DNA of 61,553 nucleotides from Candidatus Colwellbacteria bacterium (GTDB lineage Bacteria; Patescibacteriota; Minisyncoccia; UBA6257; Colwellbacteraceae): NCBI GenBank assembly GCA_016176525.1, contig JACOWZ010000003.1, positions 1 to 61,553 of the forward strand, read 5' to 3'. Shown piece by piece: positions 58,613 to 61,553 of this stretch (position 1 is its first letter; each line of letters starts with the position of its first letter). The notes under the pieces were generated by a model. It saw only the letters and a program-made list of their open reading frames with translations, ran no database searches and was not told where the DNA came from. The position numbers and the translations under genes were made by a program.

Positions 58613-59989
58613 TTAATATTTTTCTAAAATTTTAATTAGCAATCTTACGGGTTCCCCTGTTGCGCCTTTCGCTAAATAGTCTCCATCAATTGAGGTCATT
58701 CTCGGAGCCATATCAATATGCGCCCAAGGATATTTTTTTGCAAACTGATATAAAAACATCGCGCCGGTTATAGCTCCGCCAAATTTGTTTTTCGCATCAT
58801 TTGCCCAGTCTCCGAATGTGCCTTTTATATCAGCCTCATATTCTTCCCATAACGGAAGCGGCCAAACATAATCCCCACTTTCATCACCCAGCCCTTGAAG
58901 CTTCGCAGTAATTTTATCGTCTTTACTAAACACTGCAGAAACTCTCTGGCCCAGCGCAACCTCTGCGGCACCAGTGAGTGTAGCAACATCAACAACAAGC
59001 GCCGGGTTGTACCTTTCCGCGTAAGTAAGAGCATCCGATAGCACAACTCTCCCTTCCGCGTCTGTGTTTAATACCTCTATTGTTTTGCCCGACATCGTTT
59101 TAATAATGTCGCCCGGCCTGTAGCTAGAACCAGAAGGCATATTCTCTGCCGCCGGGATAAGGGCAACAACGTTCTTTTTAAGCTTTAACTTCGCGGCAAG
59201 TAGTACAGCTGATGCAACCGCCGCGCCACCGGACATATCCATATGCATTTCGTAAATACCGCTCGTTGGTTTTAGATTTAACCCACCTGTATCAAAGGTG
59301 ATGCCTTTGCCTACAAAAACTATAGGTTTATCTGTTTTATTGCCGCCAGAATATTCCAAAATTATAAACTTAGGCTCTGCTACAGAACCCTGCGCAACTC
59401 CTAAAACCCCGCCCATTTTTAAACGCTGCATATCACGTCTGCCTAAAACCCTAGCCTTAACTCCGCTGCCTTGCGCAGCTTTTTGGATTTCTTTGGCTAA
59501 AAGCGCTGGGGTCATTTCCCCGCCCGGGGTATTAGCTAATTTGCGGCAAAAGTTTACATAATCTGCGACAAGCACGCCTCTCTTTATAGATTTTTGTTCG
59601 TCTTTGTCGGCGCCTAACACTAGAACGCGCTCAACAAACCCCCAGCCCTCTTTTGGTTTGGTTTTATATTTTACAAATTCAAAATTAGCTAGATCTAGAT
59701 TTATGCCCACAATTTCTGCAATCTCATTTTTGGGAATTTTTAGACTAGGAAAATCAAAATCCTCTAGATCCAGAGTAATGTTTTTTACTTTCGCGGATTT
59801 CGCGGCGGCTATAACTTTGCGCGGCAATATTTGGAGCTTGCGCCCTGTCATTTCTTTTTTGGGGCCCGCGCCTACAAGTATTTCTTTTTTACCGTTTTTA
59901 ATAACCGTCTCGGTATCAGAACTCTCTGTAATTCGCACTCTTACAAATCCCTTTGGAATTTTAGTTGCAAATGTAAACTTTATATTCAT
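58613..59989 (-). CDS. pepA: Leucyl aminopeptidase (M17)
   Basis: M17 signature NTDAEGRVVLSDAL and VGKGITFDTGG. 458 aa. Confidence 0.92.
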   Translation of the reverse strand: MNIKFTFATKIPKGFVRVRITESSDTETVIKNGKKEILVGAGPKKEMTGRKLQILPRKVIAAAKSAKVKNITLDLEDFDFPSLKIPKNEIAEIVGINLDLANFEFVKYKTKPKEGWGFVERVLVLGADKDEQKSIKRGVLVADYVNFCRKLANTPGGEMTPALLAKEIQKAAQGSGVKARVLGRRDMQRLKMGGVLGVAQGSVAEPKFIILEYSGGNKTDKPIVFVGKGITFDTGGLNLKPTSGIYEMHMDMSGGAAVASAVLLAAKLKLKKNVVALIPAAENMPSGSSYRPGDIIKTMSGKTIEVLNTDAEGRVVLSDALTYAERYNPALVVDVATLTGAAEVALGQRVSAVFSKDDKITAKLQGLGDESGDYVWPLPLWEEYEADIKGTFGDWANDAKNKFGGAITGAMFLYQFAKKYPWAHIDMAPRMTSIDGDYLAKGATGEPVRLLIKILEKY

Positions 59990-61062
59990 GATTTGAATGG
60001 ATTTTTGGTGAAACCAATTAGTATTACTTCCGTTTCTAAACGAATATGAAATTTATTGTATACTCCTTTAATAATTTTTCCAGCCAGATTCACCAAATCT
60101 TTCGCGGTGCCTCGCCCGAGGTTTATAAGCGAGAGCGAATGTTTGGGAGAAATACCAACATTGCCCTCCTTATGGCCCTTGCCGAATCCGGCTTTTTCCA
60201 TAAGTTTTGCCGCGGCAACTTTAACTCCACCGGCTGGCGGATTCTGCGGCCAAAACCATTTACTGTCATTCTCGCCGATTATATTTTTAATACCCTCAAA
60301 CTCTTTTTGGGAAACCACTGGATTCTTAAAAAACGAGCCGGCGGTTTTGTAACTTTTGTACCCTGGCATAATAACGTAGCCCTTGCCAGCCCGAATTTCA
60401 ATAACCGCTTGGCGAATCTCTTTAAGAGTTGGATTAGGTTTGTTTTTAAAATATTCTTGTAGGTCGTGATAATTTAAATTCTTCTGCTCCTGAATTAATG
60501 CAGGCATTAATTCAAGCATTAATTCAAGGATTACATATCTGCCCTTCTCTTCTGAATTAAAAATACTCTTTCTATATGAAAACTCGCAGTCAACTTTGCT
60601 AAATTCAACAACCTTGTTGGTTTTTAGATCAAAGGCTTTAACCTTTTTAATAACACTAGAAACTTCCGCACCGTAGGCGCCAATATTCTGCACCGGCGCA
60701 GCACCAACACTGCCCGGTATTCCAGACATCAATTCCAAGCCTGCCCAGTTATTCTCTACAGACTTTGCAACGGTTGCATCCCAGTTTTCGCCAGCGCCTA
60801 TGGTAAGAATTACTTTGTCGCCGCGAATTTCACTTTTAAACCCCGCAATGCGGTTTAATATAACAAGCCCATCGAAACCATCGTCGGAAACCAAAATATT
60901 ACTGCCTCCGCTTAAAATAAAAACCGGTAGATTTTTATCTTTTGCGAACTTTATAGCTTCTTCAATATCGGAAATAGTCTTAGCTTCTACAAAATATCTA
61001 GCCGGACCACCAACATTTAAAGTCGTAAGCGGCGCAAGTGTAACGCTCTCTTTAATCTTCAT
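59986..61062 (-). CDS. murB: UDP-N-acetylenolpyruvoylglucosamine reductase
   Basis: LTTLNVGGPARYF, FILSGGSNILV FAD-binding domain and a C-terminal MurB domain. 358 aa, long for the family. Confidence 0.88.
   Translation of the reverse strand: MKIKESVTLAPLTTLNVGGPARYFVEAKTISDIEEAIKFAKDKNLPVFILSGGSNILVSDDGFDGLVILNRIAGFKSEIRGDKVILTIGAGENWDATVAKSVENNWAGLELMSGIPGSVGAAPVQNIGAYGAEVSSVIKKVKAFDLKTNKVVEFSKVDCEFSYRKSIFNSEEKGRYVILELMLELMPALIQEQKNLNYHDLQEYFKNKPNPTLKEIRQAVIEIRAGKGYVIMPGYKSYKTAGSFFKNPVVSQKEFEGIKNIIGENDSKWFWPQNPPAGGVKVAAAKLMEKAGFGKGHKEGNVGISPKHSLSLINLGRGTAKDLVNLAGKIIKGVYNKFHIRLETEVILIGFTKNPFKS
60491..60527. repeat. 11-bp inverted repeat plus 12-nt tandem duplication inside murB
   Basis: tgaattaatgc-ag-gcattaattca (60491-60514). 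gcattaattcaa occurs twice in tandem (60504-60527). Encodes LELMLELM. Confidence 0.8.
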
Positions 61063-61092
61063 GCCAGTTAAATAAATCTAACAGATTTCTCC

Positions 61093-61126
61093 AGAAAATA
61101 AAAAGCCAACCGTCACATTGGTTGGC
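61093..61126 (-). terminator. Rho-independent terminator of the RT gene
   Basis: On the minus strand: GCCAACC-aatgtga-CGGTTGGC followed by TTTTTATTTT. The RT stop codon lies in the loop. Confidence 0.55.
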
Positions 61127-61553
61127 GTGCCTGCAAAAGCGCGTATGGCTTTGCAAGTTGTTGTGGGAGATTGTCGTCATATATAGCGCGTGCCGAAGCG
61201 ATAAATCCTTCAACTCGCTGACGCAGTTTCGGATCTCCGGAAATCGCTGCACAGTGGATTGTGGCCCTCCACCTGCGTACGTCGCGTTTGGAAAGGCGCA
61301 CCTTGCCGGACCCATCTACATGAAGTCCGGTAATGCGTACCGCCCCGTGCCGAACATCGCGCTCGCGGGTCTTCCGAGGGTTTACCTCGAAACCAGCTTC
61401 GCGAAGCACCGTGAGCAGTTTTTCTTTCTCGTCGGCGGCAAGCGGCTTCAAGCTTGAAACCACAAATCCATCGACATAGCAGCTGATTTCCGCTTTACAA
61501 CTTTGCATCCTCTCCGAGCCGAGAACTTGGCTCATTCTGCGTATTATTAAGTG
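61113..61553 (-). CDS. Reverse transcriptase, C-terminal part (retron/Abi-like); N-terminus beyond the right window edge
   Basis: The frame is open to the window edge (HLIIRR precedes the listed Met). Motif C-like CYVDGFVVSS, motif D-like GFEVNPRKTR, retron-style VRITGLHV and a short thumb of about 60 aa. GC-rich. Confidence 0.6.
   Translation of the reverse strand, partial: HLIIRRMSQVLGSERMQSCKAEISCYVDGFVVSSLKPLAADEKEKLLTVLREAGFEVNPRKTRERDVRHGAVRITGLHVDGSGKVRLSKRDVRRWRATIHCAAISGDPKLRQRVEGFIASARAIYDDNLPQQLAKPYALLQARQPM

Noticed and set aside
61122-61457. 111-aa + ORF and the 87-aa minus ORF 61052..61315, both overlapping the RT region
   Set aside because: The RT frame carries recognisable motifs (YVDG, NPRKT, ITGL). 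The other frames are GC-rich shadows without motifs.

Overview
Almost fully coding, visibly low-GC bacterial chromosome segment. Most genes lie on the minus strand. Gene content and layout look like a small-genome Patescibacteria/CPR (Parcubacteria-like) organism; this is an inference, not a database result.

Contents:
- Housekeeping genes: rnc, nusB, rpmF, rnhB, dnaE, thrS, miaA, gatB, rplK, nusG, secE, gyrB, pheS, gatA, gatC, ligA.
- Peptidoglycan precursor genes: murC, murD plus a PP-loop protein that may be MurL, and murB.
- A roughly 17-kb type IV pilus/competence block (29560-46826): minor pilins, pilD, a major pilin, pilC, pilT, pilB, pilO/N/M, a TrpR-like regulator, comF and a split comEC. 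No secretin is present.
- A redox/metal block (49906-58289): gdh, two tiny Cys-rich ORFs, DoxX proteins, an FAD oxidoreductase, a glutaredoxin-like protein, msrB, msrA, a PAS protein, a CPH-type copper ATPase and VIT1.
- Five tRNAs. No rRNA, CRISPR array, transposase or integrase was seen.

Most unusual observations:
1. Arrays of degenerate heptanucleotide repeats lie inside conserved genes and in two intergenic regions. One is a 33-nt module that is identical in rnhB and ligA, in the same reading frame.
2. A perfect 28-nt palindromic sequence occurs twice, once in the TrpR-like/comF divergent promoter and once inside comF.
3. At least eight short higher-GC ORFs sit between low-GC core operons. 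Most have a strong SD (often GAGGTGA), several use TTG/GTG starts, and most have their own GC-rich terminator.
4. A retron-like reverse transcriptase C-terminus with YVDG in place of YxDD is cut by the right window edge.
5. A CYTH gene's ATG directly abuts the CCA end of tRNA-Ser.
6. A 46-aa ORF with 9 Cys and 5 His heads a TAATG-coupled chain into gdh.

All homology calls rest on motifs read from the translations. No searches were run.
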